In this document: one piece after another, positions 40,644-49,974 of the stretch
How the letters are laid out: each line of letters starts with the position of its first letter
Numbering within the stretch: the stretch's first letter is position 1
Virus record (IMG/VR): IMGVR_UViG_2747842453_000003
Location: 32,001-96,000 of that record
DNA: 64,000 nucleotides
Reading direction: 5' to 3' (one strand)
DNA from: a virus
Taxonomy: Duplodnaviria > Caudoviricetes
Program-made: the position numbers and the translations under genes
The notes under the pieces: model-generated
Database searches by the model: none
Told to the model about the DNA's origin: nothing
The model's input: the letters and a program-made list of their open reading frames with translations, nothing else

Positions 40644-41228
40644 TTATTTCTCCTTAGTTTCTTTAATTTTAAAATTCATACTAATAACAATTCGTTTGTC
40701 ATTGGTATGGTTCTTTGTAACAAAGTGACTTATTGTACTATCAAACATTACAAATTTGTTTGGCTCCGCTTTAATAGTTGTTTGATCAGTTATATACGGA
40801 TTTTGTTTGTATTGAAATACCAAGTCTCCACTTCTTGGAGGAACTTGTACATAATATGCTGCACTAACGTGTGCGCCTTCTGCATAATTTTCTTCTGATT
40901 CATGAGTATGTAAATTAGTAGATTCATTCTTGCCATGCACTACTGACCAAAAAGCAGTGTTTGGATCTTCTGTACTACTAGTATTCCAACATAATTCAAT
41001 TTCTGTACCAAATGCATCAAACCATTCTTTTTCTAAACTTGATGCAATCCGTTGTATTTGAGTGTTAAACTCAATTCTAACATCTTCTTTTCGTATATGG
41101 TCATCATCTTCTGCCATGAAGTTATTATTATAATAACTATTCATTATCATAGCAGAAAGCCCTAGTAGGTCTTCATTAAGAAATCCTACTAGGTACTCTT
41201 GCTTGAAAAGTGTAATCTTTTCAGCCAT
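40644..41228 (-). CDS. putative 2OG-Fe(II) oxygenase
   Basis: HTH, SAAYYV, GDLVF, FDSTISHFV, RIVISMN. Confidence 0.8.
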   Translation of the reverse strand: MAEKITLFKQEYLVGFLNEDLLGLSAMIMNSYYNNNFMAEDDDHIRKEDVRIEFNTQIQRIASSLEKEWFDAFGTEIELCWNTSSTEDPNTAFWSVVHGKNESTNLHTHESEENYAEGAHVSAAYYVQVPPRSGDLVFQYKQNPYITDQTTIKAEPNKFVMFDSTISHFVTKNHTNDKRIVISMNFKIKETKEK

Positions 41229-41233
41229 ATATA

Positions 41234-42991
41234 TTATCTAGTACCGTTGGGTAATAGAGAATAGTCAACTTGATAGAAACCATTTTCATGTAATGTAACT
41301 GCATTGGCATACTTTGTTTCAAGTAATTCTTGTGCCATTACACCTTTTTGTTCTACACTATCACCAACATAGTTATAAGTATAAACACTAAGACCATCAA
41401 CTGTGTTGACTAGTTTTACATTTTCTTTAAGGCGGGTATCACTAAATAATTTCTTAAATGATTTACCTACAGATTTTGCTGCATCCTTGGCTGCTTTTGC
41501 TGCTGCATTCGCTGCATCTTCTGCGGCTTTTGCTGCGGCATTTGCTGCATCAGTGATTGCCCTTGATGCATCATTGATTGCATTATTACAACTATTGATG
41601 GCATCATTACAACCTTTAATTGCTGTATTCGCACCATTCAGCATATTTTGTGCGCTGAATGTTTTTTCTGTCCAGTTAGCAACATCATTTGCTGCATTTG
41701 TTATTGCCTTGCCTGCATCCTCAATTGCCTGACCGGTATCATCTACCGCTTTTTGTGCACCTTTATAAGTTTGTTCTGCTTGTTTCGCCACATCGTTTGC
41801 AACTTTTTCAGCATCTTTTGCTGCTTTAATTGCTTCATCTTGTGCCTTATCAATTCCATCAGTTACGTGATCCATGGCATCTTCAATTGTTCCGCCAGCA
41901 TCAAGGATTGCTTGTGCCCCATCTACTAGTGGACCAATATCAATATCAACATCAACATCAATGTCTAACCCAACAAGTAATGCAGCCTTACCATCAATAC
42001 CGAAACTGATTGTGTCATCCTCATATGTAGCGTGTGCAGAACCTTGTACACCAACTTGTGCGCCAATACTTACTTCAGTACTACCTGATACTTCTGCGCC
42101 GCCCAAATGTGCGGAACCACTTGCTTCTGCACCTACACTTGCACCTGCAATCGCACCCGCTTCTACTGATGCACCGTGTTCACCGATACTTGCACTTGCA
42201 CCCGCTTCAGCATATGCTTCAGCATGTACATTTGCTTCGCCGTCTGCGCCTGCATCTACTGAAATATCACCTAATGGTGTATCTAGGCCTACGCTTGCAT
42301 CTACTGAACCACTTGCCCCTGCTTCTGCACGTGCACTTGCGCCAACTGATGCAGAGGCCGTTGCATCACTACCATCCCAGCCTCCACTTGCATTAGCGTG
42401 TGCTTCTGCTTCTGCACTTGCATGTGCTTCTGCTTCACCTTCTGCACCAGCGTGTGCTGTTCCTAATGGACCTAAATCTTGCTCTGCATGTGCTTCACCA
42501 CTTGCGCTTGCACTTGCTTCTGCACTTGCATGTGCTTCTGCACCTGCTGCAAAGGAACTACCATCTGATTGAAATCCTGCACTTGCGCCTGCCTCAGCAC
42601 TAGCACTTGCTTGCGCACTACCGCTTGCGCCAGCCTGATCGTTTCCCACTGACCCACCAGTTTCAACTGATGCACCGGCAGCAACACTAACAGTATATTG
42701 TGGTTTGGAAACTTTTACAACATTCGCTTGTGCATTAGTAACAGCAGCAGCCGCAGCATTATAATCTGCCTCTGCTTGTTTTTCCGCTGCCTCAGCGGCA
42801 GCATGATCTGCCTCTGCTTTATCATGTGCTGCTTGTGCATCACGTTGCTGTTGTTCTGCCGTTGCTTTTTTGGCTTCTGCTTCTGCTTTGTCTTTTTGCG
42901 CTTGTGTCTTATCTGCTTGCGCTTTATTTTTTTTGGCTTGTTCTTGGGCTTTTTGTTGTTCTGCCCGTTTCTTGTCGTCCTCTGCGCTCAT
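41234..42991 (-). CDS. Ala/Gly-rich protein with C-terminal peptidase S74 intramolecular chaperone
   Basis: FSDTRLKENV...GVMAQEL...V...GFYQVDY. Confidence 0.8.
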   Translation of the reverse strand: MSAEDDKKRAEQQKAQEQAKKNKAQADKTQAQKDKAEAEAKKATAEQQQRDAQAAHDKAEADHAAAEAAEKQAEADYNAAAAAVTNAQANVVKVSKPQYTVSVAAGASVETGGSVGNDQAGASGSAQASASAEAGASAGFQSDGSSFAAGAEAHASAEASASASGEAHAEQDLGPLGTAHAGAEGEAEAHASAEAEAHANASGGWDGSDATASASVGASARAEAGASGSVDASVGLDTPLGDISVDAGADGEANVHAEAYAEAGASASIGEHGASVEAGAIAGASVGAEASGSAHLGGAEVSGSTEVSIGAQVGVQGSAHATYEDDTISFGIDGKAALLVGLDIDVDVDIDIGPLVDGAQAILDAGGTIEDAMDHVTDGIDKAQDEAIKAAKDAEKVANDVAKQAEQTYKGAQKAVDDTGQAIEDAGKAITNAANDVANWTEKTFSAQNMLNGANTAIKGCNDAINSCNNAINDASRAITDAANAAAKAAEDAANAAAKAAKDAAKSVGKSFKKLFSDTRLKENVKLVNTVDGLSVYTYNYVGDSVEQKGVMAQELLETKYANAVTLHENGFYQVDYSLLPNGTR

Positions 42992-43007
42992 ATTATTATT
43001 CCTTTTG

Positions 43008-43583
43008 TTATGATGTGTAATTATTAATATTTAAACTTTCTTTAAATTCATTTCGATTATCTTGTTCTGACAAATAACTTATTGTACGTTCTATATTAAT
43101 CATTTCAAAATCTAGTAAAAGTATTTTATTTTTTCTAATGCCCCAATTATAAAGTGGGGTCTTGCCGTCCTTGCCAATTGCTCTATTGCAAATAGTATCC
43201 CAATTATTATTAACTATTGGATTATTATTCAATAATTTAATTTTTGAATCCATTACATCTTGGTTATAATCCTCAGGATAAAAAACTACTTTAGAATAAT
43301 TTTCTATTATTCTTATTGGATTTGCAAACTGTGAAATAAGAACAAACTTATTTATGTACTTTGTTTTTGGAATGAAAAAATTCATATTCTTATCAGAGAG
43401 TATGCTATATCTACTTAATTCACCCAACAGCAAGTTTTTATTTTTAAATAATTTGAAAACAATGTCATTTTTATTATTATAATAAACTCTTTTGTTATCT
43501 CCACTTCCAATCAATACACACTGTGTTTCTAATTGATTGAAACTTTTTGTGTAGGTATCGTGTCCGAAACTATCTGCAATCAT
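43008..43583 (-). CDS. protein kinase-like fold protein
   Basis: IGSGDNKRVY, VFK, NWG...LLDF; catalytic loop degenerate. Confidence 0.45.
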   Translation of the reverse strand: MIADSFGHDTYTKSFNQLETQCVLIGSGDNKRVYYNNKNDIVFKLFKNKNLLLGELSRYSILSDKNMNFFIPKTKYINKFVLISQFANPIRIIENYSKVVFYPEDYNQDVMDSKIKLLNNNPIVNNNWDTICNRAIGKDGKTPLYNWGIRKNKILLLDFEMINIERTISYLSEQDNRNEFKESLNINNYTS

Positions 43584-43733
43584 ATTTCTTTATATTTCCC
43601 ATCAATGTCATAATATGCAGAATTATATATTGCCCAAGATATACTATTATGTATTTTGTGTTCTTGTTTTCTTAACTTTTTATACCATTGTGAGTAAAGT
43701 ATAACACGTTTTTTCATTCTTGTCAACAATTTT

Positions 43734-44708
43734 TTACTTTTTCCATTCGCCTAATAAACCTTCATCTTTTAAGTATTGTAATCTTTCAGACCATTTCACT
43801 TCTTCGCCTTGTTTGATAATATTGTCGATATTTTCAATATAAGAATCCATAAAGTGGTCTGGTAATTCTTTACCTATTTCATAAAATGAAAAACTTTCTC
43901 TTGCTGCAAATAACCAAAAACTATTTACACCGAAGTTCAAACTATCAGGCTCTTCAAGGTAACAATACTTTCCATCTTCTAATAGTTTGATTAGTTCACC
44001 AGTATGTGCATATCTATGCATATGTGTACCAGATGGTGGAACTAAAGGAACAACATCTGTTTCATTTACTACACGTGTAAGTTTAATCTTACCACGCATC
44101 TTTCGAATACCTTGTGATGATGTTACTTTGGGTTGACCAAAATTAATACATTCTGCAACATTATGACCTGAATAATCCAAGTACCAACTAACAATTAATG
44201 CTTCCGCTGCACCCAAACTATGACCAGTTACGTATGTTCTCCATGTTTTATCGAGTCTTGAAATCAAATCATCTGAAATCATTTCTGCGGTTTTATGAAA
44301 TCCTTTATGCAGTTCTATACCAAGTCTAAAACTTTTGCTACGTAAGAAATTTATGTCTTGCATAGCATTATGTGAATTACAAGTACCACGAATAGAAATG
44401 TATTGTTTTTTATTCAATTCATCAAGTAATACTACATATTTAATGTCATTGATTTCATTTATATACAGTTCATATCCATCATATAAGTTTCTTATAATAT
44501 CATTATCTTTTTTATATGATGCTCTGGCAAAATTAGCAAACCATTTTATATTTTCCCAATCAACTTCGTGTGATTTTGTAAAACTTTGTTTGAATTTATT
44601 CTCAAGTGAATAACGTTTAATCATCCACTTCCGAACTATTTTTGCAATTTTAGATATTATCCATCCTTGCACAACCCATCTAATCATATATGATATTATA
44701 AAACTCAT
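43734..44708 (-). CDS. lipase class 3 family protein
   Basis: ISIRGT, HKGF, VTGHSLGAA, FGQPKV, RVVNETDVVP. Confidence 0.9.
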   Translation of the reverse strand: MSFIISYMIRWVVQGWIISKIAKIVRKWMIKRYSLENKFKQSFTKSHEVDWENIKWFANFARASYKKDNDIIRNLYDGYELYINEINDIKYVVLLDELNKKQYISIRGTCNSHNAMQDINFLRSKSFRLGIELHKGFHKTAEMISDDLISRLDKTWRTYVTGHSLGAAEALIVSWYLDYSGHNVAECINFGQPKVTSSQGIRKMRGKIKLTRVVNETDVVPLVPPSGTHMHRYAHTGELIKLLEDGKYCYLEEPDSLNFGVNSFWLFAARESFSFYEIGKELPDHFMDSYIENIDNIIKQGEEVKWSERLQYLKDEGLLGEWKK

Positions 44709-44742
44709 TATAGTACTCCTACACTAAGTCTATTTATAACAT

Positions 44743-46149
44743 TTAGTATTTCATATTATCATCAATAGGATGTACATCATTAGATATTAGAACGGCATTA
44801 ACTAATGTTCTTACACCAAATCCTACTGCCCCACCAGGAACAACATCATTGCCATCTTCTTTCCATGCCATACCAGCAATATCTAAGTGTGCCCAATTAC
44901 GATCATTATCTACAAAACGGTATAAAAACTCTGCTGCTGTAGTTGACCCACCACCTTTGCCGCCAATATTTTTCATATCTGCAATCTTTGAATCAATCAT
45001 TTTGTTCCAGTTTTTGCCCATTGGCATCCGCCAATACAATTCTCCTGCTAACTCGCCACTTTCGATAATCTCATTTCCGAACTCTGTAGAATTTGTAAAG
45101 AGTCCAGCCATTTCATTGCCCAATGATACAATAATAGCACCAGTTAGAGTTGCAAGATCGATAATACGATCTGGATCATATTCTCTTTGTACATATGTTA
45201 AAATATCTGCTAATACTAATCTACCTTCGGCATCTGTATTCAAGTTTTCAACTGTTTTGCCACTCAGTGATGTGACTACATCACCTGGCTTAATAGCATT
45301 GCCATCTGGCATATTTTCTACCAATCCAACAATTCCAACTACATTGGCTTGAATATTTTGAGAGGCAATTGCATGTAATGCTCCTACTACCGCAGCACTA
45401 CCACCCATATCAAATTTCATATCACCCATACCTGCACTTGGTTTAATAGAAATACCACCAGTATCAAATGTAACACCTTTGCCTACCAACGCAATTGGTC
45501 GTTCATCATCACCGCCATTCCATTCCATTACAACAACATATGAATCTTTTCGTGATCCCTGTCCTACACTTAGCAGCAAATCAAATCCCATTGTTTTTAA
45601 TTGTGCTTCATGGTATACTTTAACTGTTACACCCAATGGCATAAGCTCTGTACTAATGATATGTGCATAGGTTTCAGGATACAGAACATTACCCGGCTCT
45701 GATACAAGATCACGTGCAAATGAAACACTTTTATGTAGCGATACTTCTGTCACGGCATCGATATGAATCGCTAGTGTTTCTGTGTCTTTTTTAGATTTAT
45801 ATTTGTCAAACTTATACAATGCCAGTTGTGCACCTTCGTATATTGACTCATTAAAATCATTATTAATTTCAAAGTAAAGGTTATTAACTCGGCTTTTCCA
45901 TTGTTTCGTTAAACTACCACCAAAGTTACGCCAATCGTTTGTAGTCATTGCATCTGTTTTGATAACAACAATAGCATCTATGTTGATCTTAGGTGGAAAA
46001 GATAGCACAACTTCGCCAGTATCTTTTGAATCAAGTTTTTTAAGATTGCACACACTTGATATTGTTCCATTTAATTTTTTATCAATTGCCTTATATTCTT
46101 TTGAATCATATAATACTACTACTGCAGAATTTGGTTCATATGTACTCAT
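44743..46149 (-). CDS. pepA: leucyl aminopeptidase (M17)
   Basis: VGKGVTFDTGG, MKFDMGG, NTDAEGRL, DLATLTGA, HLDIAG. Confidence 0.95.
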   Translation of the reverse strand: MSTYEPNSAVVVLYDSKEYKAIDKKLNGTISSVCNLKKLDSKDTGEVVLSFPPKINIDAIVVIKTDAMTTNDWRNFGGSLTKQWKSRVNNLYFEINNDFNESIYEGAQLALYKFDKYKSKKDTETLAIHIDAVTEVSLHKSVSFARDLVSEPGNVLYPETYAHIISTELMPLGVTVKVYHEAQLKTMGFDLLLSVGQGSRKDSYVVVMEWNGGDDERPIALVGKGVTFDTGGISIKPSAGMGDMKFDMGGSAAVVGALHAIASQNIQANVVGIVGLVENMPDGNAIKPGDVVTSLSGKTVENLNTDAEGRLVLADILTYVQREYDPDRIIDLATLTGAIIVSLGNEMAGLFTNSTEFGNEIIESGELAGELYWRMPMGKNWNKMIDSKIADMKNIGGKGGGSTTAAEFLYRFVDNDRNWAHLDIAGMAWKEDGNDVVPGGAVGFGVRTLVNAVLISNDVHPIDDNMKY

Positions 46150-46589
46150 TAAATTAATCCTTTTTTATTTTTTAATTCTAGATGTGCTTGTGTATATTCT
46201 TCTTTAAAGTCAGGATGTTCAAAGTAATAACTCGCATTTTTACCATGCCTACATGCAAGTCTTACACTACCAGGGAATCCTTCAATATCATCTTTATGTC
46301 GTGGCATGAAATGTATATGAGGCCACATAACTGTTTGTCCTGCTGCTTCACCCATATTCATACCAAAATGATATCCATCAATCTTACCTTCATTTCTTAG
46401 ATTATCACCATATTCAACAGTTGCCTCTAATGCAAGTGTTATAAATTTAATATTATTTTGTCGAGGAACAAAAAGTAAATGTCCATCACATACTGGCCAT
46501 TTGTCTTCATATATAGTATAATAATATTCTTCATGTACTTTTAAGTGTTGTGATTTTTCAAATGGAGTATCTTCAAAGCGTTCAATCAT
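46149..46589 (-). CDS. HIT family hydrolase
   Basis: PVCDGHLLFVP, NMGEAAGQTVMWPHIH. Confidence 0.85.
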   Translation of the reverse strand: MIERFEDTPFEKSQHLKVHEEYYYTIYEDKWPVCDGHLLFVPRQNNIKFITLALEATVEYGDNLRNEGKIDGYHFGMNMGEAAGQTVMWPHIHFMPRHKDDIEGFPGSVRLACRHGKNASYYFEHPDFKEEYTQAHLELKNKKGLI

Positions 46590-47299
46590 GCCCAGACATC
46601 CAATATTGGCAATAAGTGTGAAACAACCACTGCTGATTTTTTTGAACTGTCATCAACAAAAGTATCAAAATCAGTGTGTGAGTTTTCTCCTGCAAGATCA
46701 CTTAATACTCGTACTACAATAAATGGTACATTGCATTGACAACAAGTTTGTGCAATCGCAGCACCTTCCATTTCTACCGCATCTGCATCAAACTGTTTGT
46801 GAAACATTTCTCTTGTTTGTGAACAACTAAGATATGTATCGCCAGTAATTATTGTTCCAAATTGTACATCTTTTCCCAAGTGTGATTTTATATAATCTCG
46901 CATTGGATCACTCATTTCAAATGATATGGAATCCGTTGTATCTTCAAGTGATGGGAAACTTCCTGGTAAACTAGAATACACTTCACCATCAACTATTGCA
47001 CCATAATCATGTTGAATCAGTTTGTCTGCAATTATGACATCCCCTATATTAAATTTGGGATTTAAGCCACCAGCGACTCCACTAAATATGATACTTTTAC
47101 AATCAAAATGTGATATTAGTATTGTTGATGTTATTGCCGCATTTACTTTTCCAATTCCACATTCAGCCGCAATAACATCAATATCATTAATTTTGCCTAT
47201 ATGAAATTCTTTTTTCATAACTGTTACAGTTGTGGGTGAATTGTCCCATTTAATTTTTGAATACTCTTCTGGAATAGCGGAAATCATTCCGACTGTCAT
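46586..47299 (-). CDS. mtnN: 5'-methylthioadenosine / S-adenosylhomocysteine nucleosidase
   Basis: GIGKVNAA, FSGVAGG, GDVII, QHD, AVEMEGAAIAQ, RVLSD. Confidence 0.92.
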   Translation of the reverse strand: MTVGMISAIPEEYSKIKWDNSPTTVTVMKKEFHIGKINDIDVIAAECGIGKVNAAITSTILISHFDCKSIIFSGVAGGLNPKFNIGDVIIADKLIQHDYGAIVDGEVYSSLPGSFPSLEDTTDSISFEMSDPMRDYIKSHLGKDVQFGTIITGDTYLSCSQTREMFHKQFDADAVEMEGAAIAQTCCQCNVPFIVVRVLSDLAGENSHTDFDTFVDDSSKKSAVVVSHLLPILDVWA

Positions 47300-47302
47300 T
47301 AA

Positions 47303-48037
47303 TTAATCCTCTTCAACATTATATTCTAGCATATAACTTATTGCCAGATGTCCTTGTATACTTCTATCTATGTTTTTATTATATACTATTACATCAGAAA
47401 TGTCAACATCTATATTACTTACTAACTTATCCAAATTTGATGGTGATTTGTCTGGTGCAAACCAAGTATTATATTCATCTAAATGCGATTCATAATTATA
47501 CTTTTGTAGAATAAATGAAGTAGTTTCATCTTGTGGTGATCCAGGAATAGTATGAAAGTCACCAGCAATAATAGTAGGTCTATCTTTATATAGATTTAAT
47601 AAAAACTCAATATCAGTCTTTCTATCTAAATCATTTATAAGTGTTGAATTAACGTCACTAGTATCTTGTGGATAACAAGGTAAAAACGTAATAATATTTA
47701 CACCGTCAAGTTGCGCTCTTAATGCAGTGCACCCTTGAGACTTATGATTTTCACCAATTTTTATCACCTTTTCATAAGATGGTAATGTAATACTTTTCAT
47801 CTTTGAAAATGGATGACCTGAATGATTTTTTCCCATTGCAACACATAAATTACCTACGCCAGGTGTAGATTCCAAAAAGAACAATCTGCAACCTATTATG
47901 GATTCTATCTCTTTTTTTGCTTCCATTGGTACACGTTGTAGTAGGAATACATCTACATCTTTGGCTGCATTGCGTAAATATTCTATTCCCCACTTCATGC
48001 CATCCATATTATATTGTAATACTCTAATACTAGGCAT
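47303..48037 (-). CDS. endonuclease/exonuclease/phosphatase-fold protein (divergent)
   Basis: VLQYN, DVFLLQ, IIAGDF, LDK, GHLAI. Confidence 0.65.
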   Translation of the reverse strand: MPSIRVLQYNMDGMKWGIEYLRNAAKDVDVFLLQRVPMEAKKEIESIIGCRLFFLESTPGVGNLCVAMGKNHSGHPFSKMKSITLPSYEKVIKIGENHKSQGCTALRAQLDGVNIITFLPCYPQDTSDVNSTLINDLDRKTDIEFLLNLYKDRPTIIAGDFHTIPGSPQDETTSFILQKYNYESHLDEYNTWFAPDKSPSNLDKLVSNIDVDISDVIVYNKNIDRSIQGHLAISYMLEYNVEED

Positions 48038-48041
48038 TAAA

Positions 48042-48356
48042 TTATTCCGCAGGTTCTATAGTGGTTACTAATGCAAGTCCATTGTTTCTAGATATACGGG
48101 TTGTTTCTTCTACTTTTTGTTCTGCAATTTCCATATAGTACATACCAACAATAGCATTTCCTTCTTGATGAATTTTAGATGCTATATCACTTGCAGTTTC
48201 TATTTCATGGTGAAATAACTTAACTAATACTTCAATTACAAAATCAAACGGTGTAGTATCATCATTATGCATCATAACGTAATATCTTTTAGGAGATTCT
48301 AATTCCAGTTCAGTATCTAACTTCTCTGAAATGATAATTTTTTCATCTGCTATCAT
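48042..48356 (-). CDS. clpS: Clp protease adaptor ClpS
   Basis: YYVMMHNDDTTPFDFVIEVL...IHQEG...EIAEQKV. Confidence 0.93.
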   Translation of the reverse strand: MIADEKIIISEKLDTELELESPKRYYVMMHNDDTTPFDFVIEVLVKLFHHEIETASDIASKIHQEGNAIVGMYYMEIAEQKVEETTRISRNNGLALVTTIEPAE

Positions 48357-48391
48357 TTGTTTGTTGATCCTATATTTTTAGTATATTTATT

Positions 48392-48422
48392 AAAAAGAGA
48401 GAAATATTTCTATTTCTCTCTT
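48392..48422 (-). terminator. intrinsic terminator after hsp20
   Basis: AAGAGAGAAATA/TATTTCTCTCTT followed by a T run. Confidence 0.7.
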
Positions 48423-48440
48423 AATATAATATCACAATTA

Positions 48441-48857
48441 TTATCTAATTGCAATAGTTTTCGGTTGTTTTTCTTCAGGAACTTTTCGTTCAAGAGATAC
48501 AAATAATAGTCCATCTTCCATGGTCGCATCAATTACTTCAACATAATCAGCAAGTTTCCATTCTCTGGTGAATGCACGATTTGCAATTCCACGATGAATA
48601 TATTCACGGCCTTCTTGTTCAATTTCAGGTTTTGAACCGGAAATAGTTAGTAGACCTTCTTTAACCGTGATTGCAATATCATCACGACTAAAACCTGCTA
48701 GTGCCAATGTAATTTGATATTTGTCTTCATCAATAGACTCTACATTATATGGTGGATAACCAGTGTTATCCAAACGATTAAAATCATTTAGTAGTCTATC
48801 AAAACCCAATACTGAGCGATGAAAATCTGGTAAGTTTAATGTTGTTACTCTTGTCAT
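48441..48857 (-). CDS. small heat-shock protein (IbpA/Hsp20)
   Basis: GFDRL, YPPYNV, LAGF, YIHRGIANRAF, DGLL; start reassigned to ATG 48857. Confidence 0.93.
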   Translation of the reverse strand: MTRVTTLNLPDFHRSVLGFDRLLNDFNRLDNTGYPPYNVESIDEDKYQITLALAGFSRDDIAITVKEGLLTISGSKPEIEQEGREYIHRGIANRAFTREWKLADYVEVIDATMEDGLLFVSLERKVPEEKQPKTIAIR

Positions 48858-48935
48858 TTTGTTTCTCCTTTTAATAAGCAAGATATGTTGGGTCCCTTAT
48901 GGCGACCCAAGTAAGGTAAACTTTTTACCCTACAG
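48855..48935 (-). promoter_or_regulatory. ROSE-like RNA thermometer in the hsp20 5' UTR
   Basis: Two upstream hairpins plus an SD hairpin UCUUGCUU/AAGGAGA with the UUGCU bulged-G motif. Confidence 0.75.
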
Positions 48936-48969
48936 TTATATTTAGTGATTTTTTTCCAAATGTCAAGTG

Positions 48970-49206
48970 TTATACACTTATTTTTTCAGAAAAAAGTATG
49001 ATATCTTTTGCTGGACCAACGTCACACGGTAATCCACCGTGTTCATTAATATAATATTTCAACACCGCCTTATACCATAGTTGGCTATTGTGGTGTGCTT
49101 GTTTGTTGAATTTTGCAATGCCACCAGAAGAACCATCCATTGTAAGTAACGCTCTGGATGATTCTTTCTGTAATGTTCTCAAATCTAGTGTATCTAAATC
49201 TATCAT
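48970..49206 (-). CDS. hypothetical protein
   Basis: 78 aa, coupled to rpsU. Confidence 0.65.
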   Translation of the reverse strand: MIDLDTLDLRTLQKESSRALLTMDGSSGGIAKFNKQAHHNSQLWYKAVLKYYINEHGGLPCDVGPAKDIILFSEKISV

Positions 49207-49457
49207 ATATTATCTTGTTGGCGTTTCATTTTTTGCCAACGCTTACGTCCTGCATCTTTTGCTTTACGTTTGATTTCACTTGGCTTTACGAATTCTTTTC
49301 GTGTTCTAATTTCTTGTACTAGTCCTTCTTCGGTGCATTTCTTTTTAAATCTACGAAACGCTTTTTCAAAGTTTCCATTTTTTACTTCAACTGTCATTCC
49401 AGACTTCGCATATCTGTCAGAGTCGTTTCCTTTTACATAGTGATTATTTTTAGTCAT
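49203..49457 (-). CDS. rpsU: ribosomal protein bS21
   Basis: VEVKNGNFEKAFRRFKKK...EIRTRKEFVKPSEIKRK. Confidence 0.9.
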   Translation of the reverse strand: MTKNNHYVKGNDSDRYAKSGMTVEVKNGNFEKAFRRFKKKCTEEGLVQEIRTRKEFVKPSEIKRKAKDAGRKRWQKMKRQQDNI

Positions 49458-49974
49458 TTTTTTGTATTAAACCTGTAATTCTATTGCCATTCAATTTTAG
49501 TGGCTGTTCATATTTCCAGTTGGCTAAACCATTAGAAATTGCTTCTACAAAAAATGTCAGAACATCGTGTGCTTTGGCATTTTCTCGGCCTTTCATTTGT
49601 ATAGTTATTTTAACTTTAGAACCATTATCAATAAACTTTTGTGCTTTACGCATTTTTATTTGTAAGTCATGAATACCGATTCCTGGTCTGAATTTAACTT
49701 CTTTAATTTCAACAGCATTTGCCCTAGCAGATTTCTCTTGAAATTTCTGACGTTTTTTCAGTTCGTAATTATATTTATTAAGACTAATTATTTTCGCTAC
49801 CGGCGGCATTGCATCTGGTACTATTAGTACCAAATCCAAGTTTGCAACACTAGCCATGTTCTGTGCAGCCTCATTAGACATTACACCCAGTGCTTCGCCA
49901 TCACTTCCTATAATTCGTAACTCAGTAACTGTTATTTGCTCATTATACTTAATTGCGGATTTGTTTCTATCCAT
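49450..49974 (-). CDS. infC: translation initiation factor IF-3
   Basis: NEQI, LDLVLI, PPVAKI, KEVKFRPGIGIHDL, KVKITI..KGRE. Confidence 0.92.
   Translation of the reverse strand: MDRNKSAIKYNEQITVTELRIIGSDGEALGVMSNEAAQNMASVANLDLVLIVPDAMPPVAKIISLNKYNYELKKRQKFQEKSARANAVEIKEVKFRPGIGIHDLQIKMRKAQKFIDNGSKVKITIQMKGRENAKAHDVLTFFVEAISNGLANWKYEQPLKLNGNRITGLIQKND

Noticed and set aside
41403-43027. Several long plus-strand ORFs, including 41874-42572 and His/Leu-rich frames
   Set aside because: Antisense or alternate frames of the low-complexity Ala-rich gene; no RBS.
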